Shown piece after piece: positions 46,235 to 59,465 of a DNA stretch of 64,000 nucleotides. Source of the DNA: Octopus sinensis (lineage: Eukaryota); assembly GCF_006345805.1 (NCBI RefSeq), contig NC_042999.1:136152001-136216000 (forward strand). The letters run 5' to 3'. The notes under the pieces were generated by a model, which saw nothing but the letters and a program-made list of their open reading frames with translations, did no database searches and was not told the origin of the DNA. A program made the position numbers and the translations under genes. How positions within the stretch are numbered: position 1 is the stretch's first letter; each line of letters starts with the position of its first letter.

Positions 46235-49200
46235 CACTTACACACTCACACATATATCTTTTCTTAATTAAAAAAAAAAAACTTGTCTGTGCATGAGTTT
46301 TCAGATATCTGCTGTCGCTTTTATGTTGAATCCATACTCTCACTGATATCACTTGTGGTTTTGCAAGTGAAACAAAATGTAGTTGCTTGGTGGTGGTGGT
46401 GGTAGGTGTGGTGGTAGGTGTGGTGAGGGGGTTGCCAAAAACAAAACAAAAAATCAACTTATGAAACTAAAAATAACATTAATCTAATTCCAATGCATGA
46501 ATTTCATCAATTTAAGATTTAAAAAATTGTAAATATTCATGAGGAGAGTAAATAAAGTTTTATTTAATTCATTTCATGTATTAGAAAATAGTAAATATTT
46601 ATAAGTTGAGTTAATAAAGCTAGAGCTTTTTTAATTTGAAACTGGGCAAGATAATACAAATCACCTTATGGTGATTATCAGTTAAAAAAAAACAAAAACT
46701 GAAGAATACCAAGATCTTACTGGTATTTATAAGTTGTTACAGAAATAAGCCGTAATAAGATTGCTACTGAGAAGCCATAATGACGTTTTGATAAATGGTA
46801 ACTTTGATCTTATATAGCGATTGACAAACTGTAACTTCAATGGTAGTAACAACAAGAACAACAATGTTGCTGCTGCTGCCACTGCCACCACCATTGTCAT
46901 GTAACATCTGTTTTCCATGCTGGCATGGGTTGGAGGGTCTGGCAAGAGCTGGCAAGCCAGAGGATTGTGCCAATCACTATCGTCTGTTTAGGCATGGTTT
47001 CCTAATACCGACCATTTGTCAGAATGTACTGGGTGTAGATTTACAGATGGTAAATCACTGATTCATTATACTTCTAAAAACTAAGGCATCAAGGACTGTG
47101 TTCTTGCAAAGGGTTTCATTTGAAGAGCACTAACTTTTCCTCTGCTTTTACATTATTCACCAATGTATATCAACAAAAGATATTAAAAAAATGGTATATA
47201 CACATACATACATAAATGCATATTTATGTATATATATTTTTATAGTTCAAATATATGAGGCATTTACAAGCAGACAATCAACATCATCATCATCATCATC
47301 ATCATCATTTAACGTTTGTTTTCTATGCTGGCATAAGTTAAATGGTTTGACTAGAGCTGGTAAGCCTGAGAGCTGCACAAGTTCTAATCTGATTTAGCTT
47401 GGTTTCTATGGTTTGATGCCCTTCCTAATGCCAACCACTCTACACAGTGTACTGGATGTCTTTCCTGTGCCACCAGCATGGGTGCCTTTTATGTGTCACC
47501 AGCATGGGTTCCTTTCACATGTCACTGGCACTGGCCTTGACCATGATTTCAATTAGCCTTTCTACTGCTTCTATATATGTGTATGTGTGTGCGTGCGTGT
47601 GTGTGTGTGTGTGCATGTGTGTGTGCACGCATGTGTGATGGCATATGGCTTAGTGGCTAGGGTGTTACACTCATGATCTTGCAATTGCAGTTTCAATTCC
47701 TGAGCCAGGTGGTGTATTTTATTCTTGAGCAAAATACTTCATTTCATGCTGCTCCAGCCCATTCAGCTGTAATGAATAACCCTGTGATGGACTGGTGTCC
47801 TTTTCAGGAAAAACTGTAGTGATTGTGGTCACTTTATGCTATGGAAACTGGGTAACTGGCCCTATGAATCTTAAGGCTCAAGACATATGTTACTATAAAT
47901 CATCATTATCATCATATAACATCTGTTTTCCATGCTGGCATGGGTTGGACAGTTTGACTCATCACACAACACACACATAACAGACTGCTGTACTGTTTGT
48001 TTCTTGCAATCATAAACCACTCATAGAGGATTTGTTAAACTGAAGCTATGGTAGAAAGTGCATACTGAAGCCTGTTGCATAGTGGGATCATTGTTGGAAC
48101 TACATGATCATGAAACAAAGCTGGAGCAAGGAGAGTTTGAAAACAATATAACTAAAACTTATTAAATACAAAAGGAGGAATGAAAGCCTGAAGATATTAG
48201 AGATATGCAAGGCTATATATAGCCCATAGCAACAACCGCTGTTTGTATGCAGTATATACTGAGAGTAAATTCTGAAGTTAAAAATCATCTTTTAATGATA
48301 TTTCTCTATGCACCTCAAGCTAGCATAAATTTTTTGACATTTAAGAAGTTGATGATTAATATCTAATTAATACTTATAAAAATGAAAACATAATTAATAT
48401 TAATCTAAAAAATATCTTGTTTCAGGCAATAATCTATTTGAATTATGTATATGCACATGTGTATGCATATGCTTGTAGATTACTGCCCAAAAACTATTTA
48501 TCTTAGCTGTTAGGATACAGACACTCTTGTGTATTTACACTTACTCTTGTATGTGAATATGTATGCATATTAGTGCATCTGAATATTTGCATGTAAACAC
48601 TTATATACATAGACTGTTATGTGCAGATCTATAAGTAGATACACATACACATGTATGATCCTATATATGTGCTTTTATGCATGAGTACATGCATATTTCT
48701 TTACATGTGTGCATATATGTATGTGAATGATTTTTTGTTAATTAGTTCTATGCACATCTGCATATATACTGAGGTATGTGAACGTTTTTATAATTGTTAC
48801 TTAATAATTAGTGCTTAATGCAAGAGGTAATCATTCTCTAAGTGATTTCTATTTTTTAATGTATTATGCATTTTGATGTCTCCAGATGTTATTATTTTTC
48901 TGTGCACTGGTTTGGTTGGTTGTTTTTCATTGGTTGTTTTAAATATACCTTTACTACTATTTCTAATGTTACTGTATCATGGGGTATGTAACTAGCTTGT
49001 AGTCTGTGCCATTTAAAAGAAAATATACATGGGGTGCTGAAAGGTTCCTGGCCTTAAGGGTATTGCAAAAGGCCTGGTTGCAGGCCCAACCTTCTGAGTT
49101 CTTTCACAGGGCTTAGAAAAACCAAAAGACTGCTGCAATAAGTGTGGGAATCTGAGAGGGGAATATGTTCAATAATATCATAATTAACTGTTCCTCCAGT

Positions 49201-49237
49201 AATTTCTTTTATCCAAAGCCAGGAACTTTTCATCACC

Positions 49238-49805
49238 TCCTCATATTTATTCTGACATTTGCAATGTGATAACAACCTGTTTTTTTGTTCTTGTCTTTTT
49301 TCTAAGCAAACATATTTGTTATGCGATTATGCAGTGTACAAAGGGTATACTTCAGAAACATTCATGCATGCATTTATATGTTTTATATTCATATTAAAGC
49401 AGTTCCTTAAATCCCAAATATGCTTTGATAGAGTTATTGCGTTTCTGCTATCAATGTTGTAGAATATGTGTAAGTGTTGCATGTATCTGGGTTTGAACAT
49501 GTTACTTGTTGCACTGATGTTGCCAGTCATTGATATGTCCCACCTGCCTTGTCATGTAAATCACTGCTTTCTTTAGATACATTCTATTTAAAGGTCATGC
49601 CCTTGATCTGCTGCAACTACCTCTGTGTTTGGCTATTAGTGGTGAAATTCTTGATGCATGGTTATTTTTATGGCTTAGATTACTTTTACCTTGTTTATGT
49701 AGCTATAGATGACTTTGTATTATTCCTGTTTAAGAGCTTGTGGTATCTATGGGTAGTTGTTGACTGTTTGGAGATTACTATTAAGAAGTTCTTTGCCATG
49801 TTTAC
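49238..49805 (-). mobile_element. Penelope-like element remnant (RT C-terminus, linker and GIY-YIG endonuclease)
   Basis: Minus-strand peptides across broken frames: NMAKNFLIVISKQSTTTHRYHKLLNRNNTKSS, SCSRSRA*PLNRMYLKKAVIY, FKPRYMQHLHIFYNIDSRNAITLSKHIWDLR, RLLSHCKCQNKY. These follow the recalled PLE motifs FLxLIDKHFPxxHxLHKIFNRN, CNC..CPL, FKxRYxNH..T.LSKHIW.LK and ELISKCRH.NK. Confidence 0.8.
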
Positions 49806-50479
49806 ATTTAAATTAAAGAGTGATTGGAACTAGATGAAGTTTCTTTTCTGGATTTGTTTGGCTTCTTGTTTGTTTGTATAGCTCTAGATTTTCTAGATTT
49901 TTTAAGAACACATACACAGATGTGAGGGGTTGTGTGTGTTTCATCATCGTCATTTTAATGTGTACTTTTCTATGCTCGAATAGGTGATATGGAATTCTTT
50001 AGGCAAATTTTCTACATTCAGATGCTCTTCCTATCACCATCCTTCACCTGTTTCCTGGCAAGATATTTCCCTCAATCTGTCAAGCAATGTACAGTCTAGG
50101 TAAAATTACAAGCTTTTTTTGTTTACAAAGGTTACGCAACATGACAAGACATGTCAAGAAGCCTAGACATGCTTTTACAATTGATTGCAAGCATTTCAAC
50201 ACCACCAGTATTTGTCAACAAGGTTGTTGTTTTGTTTAGGAGTTTGTGAATACATGTTAGACAAAGAAAATATTACCATATGCAATGGCACATGAAATAA
50301 AACAGTTTGACAGAGTTGAGATATGGAAGTTTACAGTGCACTTGCTCATTTACTTGTAACAACCAGTAAGCAAGCTGCAACTGTGCTGATGAAAATTTTA
50401 ACATGTAAAAAGAGAAACAGGACATAGTATATGCAGAATATTAAGTATATATAGAATACAAGCAAAACACTCCCCCCCA

Positions 50480-50835
50480 CCCCGTCCAATGGACGGTGCT
50501 GAGTTGTCAAACATTTAAACCAAATTTTCTCAAAACAACTTGTCTGACTGTCCCATCTTGTGGCATTATTTCAAACCAGCTGGTTTTTTTTGCGCAAACT
50601 GCACAATCATTTTTCTCGCATATGCATAGTATCGATTGCAACAGTTGATGTACTTGCATGTACAAAAGCACGTTCCCACGGCTTTATCGATTTTTGTAAT
50701 TTTTTCAAAACTTATACATGCCTTGATACTGTCAGTATCTATATATCAAATTTGAGTGCAACAGGATGGAGGATGCCCGAAATCCTAGAAGACACACACA
50801 CAGACAGACAGAATGGATTTTATATAATAGATTAA
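50480..50835 (+). mobile_element. Putative non-autonomous Helitron-like (Lep1/HINE-style) repeat
   Basis: CpG-retaining block ending caaatttgag...acacacagacagacagaatggattttatataatagat, followed by tactagatgacaaccc, a start-like ACTAG..ACCC motif. Confidence 0.35.
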
Positions 50836-53800
50836 GTATGTACAGATTACTAGATGACAACCCATAGAGAATGCTGTACAGAGTTAAATTAGAGGCTGTT
50901 GTTAAAAATTTTGTCTTTAAGGACTAAAATCTTAGTCCTGAACCGAAGAGAGGGGAATGAATAATTAATAAGATGGTTAGTGTCAATGGTGATGTGTGCT
51001 GCACATAAAAAAAAAAGACAGAATGATAACAACTGGAATGCCTTTGACCATAGATATGCTCAATTAAGGCTAACCTGGGGTTAAACATTAAGAAAAAACA
51101 ACATCTGTATATTTACTTTTGTTAATATTTGCCTTTTTAACTTTCATACTCTGAGAATGGCTATAGGCATAATAAAGAACTGTGTTAACTTCCTTTAAGC
51201 AAAGGAACTGTGAAACACTTCTTCTTTATACAAACTAGATACATGCCAACAAGGGAGCCTCTACGTGGTCACACGAAATACAAGAAATAGCAGTCAAATC
51301 TTGCTCAAATCACATCTATTGATAATAGAAAAGGACACATGGGATGATGAAATCTAAAATACACAATATATGAAAAAAGATATATAAAGTAGGATGGTCA
51401 TGTCTGGAATGTTTTTGATTGCAAGTCTGCTCAATCAGGATTGGCCCAGGGCTAAATAAACAACAACAGCAGCAACTAATAAACAAACCATATAAACTGG
51501 CCATGAATATGAAAAGCTGAACCTTAAACAGGTTAATAGATTTTCTAGAAGTATTCAGCTTCCACTGATGTGATGTAAATAGCATTCACTTCAGTAATAT
51601 AGAACAGACAACTAGCAGTGCAGTAAGATATAGCCATTTATTTTGCTAAACTCTTTTGCAAGAAGCAGCATGATTAACAGATACTTCCCTATAATTTATT
51701 ACCATGTGGTGGTTAACTGAAATGTAGTAACGGGACATTATTTGAGCTGTCATATCATTATCTTCCTTACAGCTAGTATCTTACCATCCTTCTCATCAAT
51801 CATTCAGTACCCATTTACCCATGAAAGTTGGGGTTAAATGAATCTGTAATATAGTACCCTGCATCATGTATCTCAGTCCTAAGGCATCTCATTTCATGCA
51901 CACGCACGTGCACACACACACACACACACGCACATGCACACACACACACACACGCACATGCACACACACACACGCACATGCACACACACACACACACAGA
52001 GTCCTTAATATAGTTTCATTTAATGTCATTTTGTTATGAGAAATAATAGAAGACAAAATACTTCCAAATAAAAATTCATAAAGTGTATGCCTTGTTTGAG
52101 TTCATATTTAGTTTGTTTTTTTTCTTTTGTAAGGTATTGCAATGATGAATAACGACATAAATCATTCCACATTCTATATTCCATGATTATCATTTTTAAG
52201 ATAGAGTGTTTGTATGTCTACTATCTGTTTCATAGGAATGTAATTTATTTAATTTAAGGTAAAAATATTGCTTACAATTTAAAATAAGCAATGAAATGTA
52301 AAGAAGGAAATTGTACTTAACATGATCAGTTTTAGAAATAAATGAACTTAGAGAAGAAAATAACTGCTCTAGGCTGCCCAAGGTCATCAGAAGGGTTTTG
52401 AGCACTTGAAAGCTTATTAAATCATGTGGATATTTAAGGTCACAGGTAGTATTCCACTACCAACATAAATTCTACAAGAAATAAAACCAGTCCTGAGTCA
52501 AGTCAGAAAACAGCAACAACAACAACAACCATTATTATCAAACCCATCTCCCACCACCCCCACCACCATCATTCATTCATTCATTCACTCATTCATTCAT
52601 TCAAACCCTAACTCCCCTACAACTTCCAGCTAGCTATCTTAGCTTTGCAAAGCCAATTCATCTACAATCTCTTACTCTATAAGTATTCTAATCTTCCTGG
52701 AGCACTTACCTATTCTTTTATAAGAGACAAGAATCTCTGCAACATCCTTATTAGAAGCACTCTGACATAGCCATACACAACTTCTTTTTAAAAGTGTACT
52801 TACCTTAGGTGCTACACCTGTCCTAATCAATAAGGCCTTTATCATCATCATCCTCATCATTGTCATCATCCTCATTTAACATCCACTTTACTATACATGC
52901 ATGGTTCAGAAGGAATTTGTTAACGTAGATTTTCTACAGTTGGGTACCCTTCCTGTCACCAAACCTCACCTGTTTCCAAGTAAGCTAATATTTTACATTT
53001 TTCACAGAAAGCATCAAAACGATGATGATGAATGCTAAGATGATGAGCATGAGAAACACCAAACAACTAAACTGAATTTACACCAGGTATATACTGACAC
53101 TTAATCAATTCGTTCAGTTTCTCTTGATCAATACCAATGATTGGTTCTGCCCTGTCATTAGCTATACATGAGCATAGTTAATTATAGTGCAGCGAATCGG
53201 TCTAAATTACAGCTGACCATTTCTGACACAGAATACCAATAGCAAGGTGGTTAAGTATATCATGAATTCTCCTCACCCTTTTCACTTTCTTTTAATCCTT
53301 ATTTAATAATCAGTTTAATGATATTTGTCACCCAAGGCAAAGTCTCCAACTTTCTCTAACTCTTCTTCATTGCTATCTTAATTTTCCTTGTTCTCAAGAG
53401 TTTTTCTGAATTACTGATTGCTTCATCAGCCTACCACTTCTGACTTCTTGATTGGACTTCAAAGTGGAAAGATCACCACTGCCCTGGGGTTTCACTTTTC
53501 AATTATTCCTTGATGTTTACCTTGAAGCAGGCATCATCTCATGTCAATTAATACCAGAACATTAGGGATATTTAAGGTTTTAAAACTTCTTTCACACCAT
53601 CTTAGCATATTTGAATATTTGACTCCTGTCATTAGCATTCTGTAATCAAGTCCATAACTAATCCAGGCAAGCAACCATAAAAAGAGATTCATTATTAAAT
53701 AATTGAAAATTTTAAATTTAATATATTTTATTTCATTTAGAGATATTTGATTAAATATATTATAATTTGAATATCTTTAATGCTAAATTCTATTTTGTCT

Positions 53801-54336
53801 TTTGAGATTGACTGTCATGGCAATGAAGTTTCTTATTAATATTTACGAGTTTACCATACAGACACACACACATGCACACACACACACACACGCACATACA
53901 CATGCCAACATATCTGTGTGTTTACTCACATAGCCTCTAACTTATTCATGTGTAAGAACACACATGCATACACATGAGATTATTTGTAAGAATAAACGTG
54001 TATCTATCAGTAAATGTATGCTTACACATGCACACACACACACAAAACATACATGTATGTATATGTTTACAAATGCATATGCAAACAAACAGATATTTAC
54101 ATGGTTTTGAAAGCTTTACATCTACTTAAGTGGATCTAATGTTAACACAGCTACCATAGGTTCCTTTCAAAGAATATCAACAATATATATTTAGAGCATG
54201 CATTAAGTTTCATTCCATAGTGTACTTATTTTATCAACCCTGAAAGGATGAAAGGCAAAGAGGACCTCGGCAGAATTTGAACTCATAACATGAAGACAGA
54301 CAAAATGCTGCCAAGCATTTTGCCCAGTGTGCTAAC

Positions 54337-54480
54337 TACTAGCGTACCTAGAGTGTGTGCTGCCCGGGGTGGCCCTCCCATTTGCTGCTCCCAGTCCCCA
54401 CAAAAAACACATATTGCCAACAGCAATAGCTTAAAAGTGCCAGACAGGGCAGACCACCCCTACCCCTAGCTACACTAGTG
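54337..54480. mobile_element. Small GC-rich MITE-like element with about 15-bp imperfect TIRs (hAT-like)
   Basis: Left end TACTAGCGTACCTAGAG; right end reverse complement CACTAGTGTAGCTAGGG. Internal gggcagaccacccc and gctgcccggggtgg. No target-site duplication is visible. Confidence 0.45.
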
Positions 54481-54490
54481 CGAGAGTAAT

Positions 54491-55095
54491 AAAAATCAAA
54501 CATCCAGTCAAATCATGGTGTTAGGAGTGATCACTAACGATGGCGATGTTATGCTTTCATTCATCTTCCCACATGACATCAGACTCAACATGGAGGTCTA
54601 CATCAAGTACCTGGAGGAGGCAATGCTGCTCTAGAACAAGAAGGTGGCTATTAGAAGACCCTATGTCTGGCAAACAGGACTCTACACCATACCATACAAG
54701 CAGGAGAACCCAGACATAGCTGTCAGACAATCTCTGTGACCACATCACCCCTAACATCTGGTCGCCTAACTCCCCAGACTGCAAACCCCTTGATTATTAT
54801 GTGTGTGGTGCAGTTGAGCGAGAGACCAACAAAACTCCTTGTAACACCAAAGATGAATTGAAAGCAAGGGTTAAGGCAGCATTCACCAACTTAAACAAGG
54901 AGACCATCCAAAAGAGTTACAGTAGATTTCAAAGTTGTCTGGAGGCTGTAGTTGAAACCAATGGTAATTTTATTGAATAAATTTATTCTTTAGTATTTCA
55001 AGATATTTTTATGTAATTTTGGTAGATATATCTGTTTAAATGAGATGTCAGTGTTATTTGTGTAATTCAGACAACCATTTATTCACTGCACCCTG
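54491..55095 (+). mobile_element. DD37D (maT-type) Tc1/mariner transposon 3' remnant, pseudogenised
   Basis: Manual translation: IMVLGVITNDG...RRPYVWQ/QDSTPYHTSRRTQT*LSDNLCDHITPNIWSPNSPDCKPLDYYVCGAVERETNK...NGNFIE*. There are 37 residues between the D residues, with stops and a frameshift. It ends in TGCACCCTG (reverse complement CAGGGTGCA, TIR-like) at 55087-55095. Confidence 0.8.
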
Positions 55096-55170
55096 TGTGT
55101 GTGTGCATGTGTGTGAGTGTGTGTGTGCATGTGTGTATGTATGTGTGTCTGAGAGAGAGAGAGAGAGAGA

Positions 55171-55290
55171 AAGAGTGAGGGAGAGAGAGAAAGAGTGAGG
55201 GAGAGAGAGAAAGAGTGAGGGAGAGAGAGAAAGAGTGAGGGAGAGAGAGAAAGAGTGAGGGAGAGAGAGAAAGAGTGAGGGAGAGAGAGA
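55171..55290. repeat. 20-bp purine tandem repeat x6 (aagagtgagggagagagaga)
   Basis: Read directly. A similar GA-rich unit occurs at about 490-560. Confidence 0.9.
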
Positions 55291-55597
55291 AAGAAGGCAC
55301 ATGACTCAGTGGTTAGAGCGCCAGGCTCACAATCATGTAGTAGTGAGATTGCACAATCATGCCTTGAACAAGACACTTTATTTCACATTGCCCCAGTTCA
55401 CTCGGCTGTAGAAATGAGTTGTGATGTCATTGGTGCCAAGTTGTATTGGTGTTTGCCTTTCTCTTGGATAACATCGTTGGTATGGAGAGAGGAGGCTGGT
55501 ATGCATTGGTCTTCAATAAACAACCTTGCCCAGACTTGTGCCTCAGAGGGGAACCGTCTAGGTGCATCTCATGGTCATTCATGACCAAAGGGAGCCT

Positions 55598-55864
55598 TAA
55601 TACTAATGCTCAAAATCACATATAAGTAATACACCAATTGATTCTTTGGATATAAGTGTCCCTTAGATGGTTGTGATAACCTCTAACTTAAATCACCTAC
55701 ATATCACCATCATCATCATTATCGGAAAAGGAACATTAAACGATGATGATGATGATGATATATAGGTGATTTAAGTTAGAGGCTATAACAACTGTCTAAG
55801 GGACACTTATATCCAATGAATAAACTGGTGTATTACCTATTTGTGATTATGAGCATTAGTATTA
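55598..55864. repeat. Diverged fold-back, arms about 120 bp
   Basis: taatactaatgctc...ggatataagtgtcccttaga...cctctaacttaaatcaccta is mirrored on the right arm. The centre is (CAT)n-20 nt-(GAT)n. Confidence 0.9.
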
Positions 55865-56112
55865 ATGCTCATAAATGAGAGGTAATCAGTTTATCTATAT
55901 TTAAGGAAAACAGAAAATGGAAATAAAATTGACAAATGATAATTGATGATTCATCAATTTTATCTCCATTTTCTGTTTTCTTTATATATATATATTTATA
56001 TATATAGTTAATCCAAACAAGAAAACACAAAAAAAACAAAAAACACAACAACGCGAGGACGTGGAACAAATAAAGTATTATTGGACGCTCAGGAAAGAAG
56101 GGAAGAAGGAGG

Positions 56113-56147
56113 GTTTAACGTTTTGAGCGGAGCTCTTCGTCAGAAAC
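56113..56147 (-). ncRNA. Minimal type-I hammerhead ribozyme-like motif (G12>A variant) in a Penelope-like terminus
   Basis: Minus strand: GUUU-CUGACGA-A-GAGC-UCC-GCUC-AAAA-CG-UU-AAAC. Stem I is GUUU/AAAC, stem II is GAGC/GCUC and stem III is the palindrome ACGU. It differs from the conserved core only at GAAA>AAAA (56124). Confidence 0.65.
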
Positions 56148-56976
56148 ATAGGAGAAGGACAGATCTTGAGAAGGGAAGACAGAGGAAAAAAATCGCCAGC
56201 GGTACTCATGAGGTCACATATATATATGCATGTTTATTCATACACACATGCACACACACACACACACACACACATGTGTGTGTGTGTGTGTGCATGTATG
56301 TGCTTGTCCCTATTCATCTTGAGATTGCATGATAGTTACAAACAAGTGTTACCATCATACAGGCAATGTTGTTAATTTTCCAATCTTCCACAAAAACTTG
56401 TCCGGTCATGGGAAACAAATGCAAGCTGATAACAAGAAGGGAAGGGCATCTGGCCAGAGAAGATCAACCTCTATGAATTCTGTGTGACTCATGTAAGTAT
56501 GGAAAAGTGAACGTTAAAATGATGATGGCAATGTAGATGATGATGATGCTGACATTGATGGTAATGGTGATGATGATAATTATGGTGGTGTAATCTATGC
56601 TAGCAGATAGCTGTTATGTTATCAAATCACAGGCATTATCATTACCATAGCTATCATTAAAATGCATCAGGCAATCATTAACTGACACGTTTAAAACAAT
56701 AATACTTCCTTTAGAAAAGTTAGTCATAAATCACACATTTATATTATAATTATTACCAACATTTTCTAATATAAATATTCAGGATCCTGATACTGAATTA
56801 ACAAATGTGTTGTTCTTTTACTGTATTATAATTATCTTTTATTTGTTCATTTATTTATTTATTTATTTATTTTACTTGTTTCAGTCATCATTATAGGCTG
56901 CAGCTATGCTGGGGCACTGCCTTGAAGAACTTTAGTCAAATGTATCAGCCCCAGTTCTTATATTTTTTTTAAGCCT

Positions 56977-57282
56977 GGTGGCATGTAAAAAGCACCATCC
57001 GATTGTGGCCATTGCCAGCCTTGTCTGGCCCCCGTGCCGGTGGCACGTAAAAATCACCATCCGATCGTGGCCGTTTGCCAGCCTCGTCTGGCACCTGTGC
57101 AGGTGGCACATAAAAAGCACCCACTACACTCTCAGAGTGGTTGGCGTTAGGAAGGGCATCCAGCTGTAGAAACACTGCCAGATCAGACCGGGCCTGGCGC
57201 AGCCTTCTGGCTTCCCAGACCCCAGTTGAACCGTCCAACCCATACTAGCATGGAAAGCGGACGTTAAACGATGATGATGATG
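56977..57282 (+). mobile_element. Dispersed repeat family D with (GAT)n tail (RTE-related SINE-like)
   Basis: Core gttaggaagggcatccagctgtagaaa and tail ccaacccatgctagcatggaaagcggacgttaaacgatgatgatg. Other copies lie at about 18640-18865(+), 25580-25802(+), 30200-30375(-), 41420-41545(+), 44205-44390(-) and 47280-47540(-). Confidence 0.75.
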
Positions 57283-58335
57283 GTGCTTATTCTTTCTCTG
57301 AACTGCTAAGTTAGGGGGACTTAAACACACCAGTTGTCAAGAAGTATTGGGGGAGAAACACATAAACAAAGACACACACACACACACACACAGATATATA
57401 TACATGTATATATATACGATGAGCTTCTTTGAGTTTCTGTCAACCAAATCCACTCACAAGGCTTTGGTCAGCTCAAAGCTATAGTAGAAGACACTTCTCG
57501 AAGGTGCCATGCAGTGGCACTGAACCCAGAACTATGTGGTTGGTAAGCAAGCTACTTACCACACAGCCACTCCTGCGTGATCTTCTTTCAGTTTCTGTCT
57601 ACCAAATCAACACACAAAACTTTGGTTGGCCCAAGGCTGTAGTAGAAGACATTTGCCCAAGGTGTCATGCAGTGGGACTGAACTCAGAATCATGTGGTTA
57701 GGAAGCAAATTTCTTACAAACACAGTCATGTTATGCAACTCACATCTCTATGTCTTCTTTACTAGTCTTCTTTTATTTTAGCATTAACCCACTCCTAAAA
57801 ATCATATACTTATTTATCACTCAATCAGCTGTTGTAGGTGGATGTCCAACATATAATTAAGTCATCAGTCAAATAATTAGATCTACAAACTCATTATTTT
57901 AGATACGCTATACCACTGTCTAGTGCTGACATACACTCTGCTCTCAAACATGAAGTGATATATTGTACAATTGACACTGTGGAAATCAGAGTATATTGTG
58001 CTAAGACTGCTCTTGTAAACCAATAGCTTCTGGTGGTGGTCACAGTAGAAACAGGTAGTAGAAATATAGTTAGAGTGCAGTAGTTGTTATTCTCTATAAT
58101 TATCATTGGTAGTATTCATCTCAGTATAAGCTAAAGTAAAATAAATAAGGTAAAAGTGCTGGTTCAACAAGTATTGAATTAATACTGCTGAAGTCTCAGT
58201 TCTCTTTTGTTGAACTGCAAAGTTATGGGGAGATAAACAAACCAACAAGGGTGGGGGACAAATACAAAGGCATACACATATATGTGTGTGTGTTTGTGTA
58301 TGTATGTGTGTGTATTTATATATATATATATATAT

Positions 58336-58473
<138 letters not shown>

Positions 58474-59149
58474 AATAATATATATATATAATATATATAT
58501 ATATATGCATATATACGTACATATATGTACATACATCTATACGTATATATGCATATGTGGGTACAGGACATCATGAAAAATGTAGAACAAAAAAGTATGA
58601 AGCACGAGTACATGGAACATGAACTATTCTTTCGAACAATGAAAAACACAAATGGAAAACAAAGCAAACAACATAAAGACCGACCCTTCATCAGCTGTTG
58701 GCCGTTTTTCTAGTCTTGTATTTCGAGCATTTAACAACAATATACACTTTTGATAAAACAGTCACTCCCGCAAAGCAAATTAAATAAAATTTGGGATTTT
58801 GCAGAGGGTCAAAATAGGTAACACAAACAGGACAGTGAAAACAAACAGGAAGGGCTGCTAAGCCTAAATGAGGTTGTGGTGGCAAAAATGTAAACGAAGC
58901 TACAATGGAGAGGAAGAAAGAAATTTGGCCGATGGTCATGTGAGAGCCACGTGAGCAAGGGAGGAAGAGTGAGGGAAAGAAAGTGACAGAGTAATAGGAT
59001 AGAATAGTGGAAGAAGAGGAGGTTAAAGAATAAGAGAGAGGAAAAGAGAAAAACTAAAGAGTAAATAGATCATGTAGAGTGTGCATCAGAATTATTAAAA
59101 TAAAACTTACTTGGAAGAGGATGCGTAAGTATATATATATATATATATA

Positions 59150-59465
59150 TATCACCGTGATCACCGTGACCGACCAGTCTATCAGATGTTGCTACACATC
59201 GCTGGTCACAATACGCTTCGCATTGTTTTAGCCTTCAAATGACGCCACCCCGCTGGCTAAGCGAGCAGGCCAACAGAAGAAAGAGTGAGAGAAAGTTGCG
59301 GTGAAAGACTACAGCAGGGATCGCCACCACCCACTGCCGGAGCCTCGTGGAGCTTTTAGGTGTTTTCGCTGAATAAACACTCACAACGCCCAGTCTGGGA
59401 ATCGAAATCGCGATCTTACAACTGCAAGTCCGCTGCCCTAACCACTGGGCCACTGCGCCTCCACA
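59150..59465 (-). mobile_element. tRNA-derived SINE family E, young CpG-rich copy
   Basis: Minus strand gtggaggcgcagtggcccagtggttagggcagcggac...ttcgattccc. A related head and body occur at 20200-20390(-). Confidence 0.72.

Noticed and set aside
52799-52830. Consensus donor AAG|gtaagta on the minus strand
   Set aside because: The only candidate exons are tiny and run into a (GAT)n repeat tail, with no coding support.
53000-53700. Possible LINE RT remnant on the minus strand
   Set aside because: It is too degenerate to recover a diagnostic motif by eye.
56977-57121. CRISPR-like repeat-spacer array
   Set aside because: The spacers are copies of each other, the DNA is eukaryotic and there are no cas genes; it is an internal tandem of a retroposon.
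57894-58106. 70-aa minus-strand ORF with TIFLLPV as a possible 5' TMEM245 exon
   Set aside because: The similarity is only a few residues, and all frames from the best acceptor (about 58130) hit stops.
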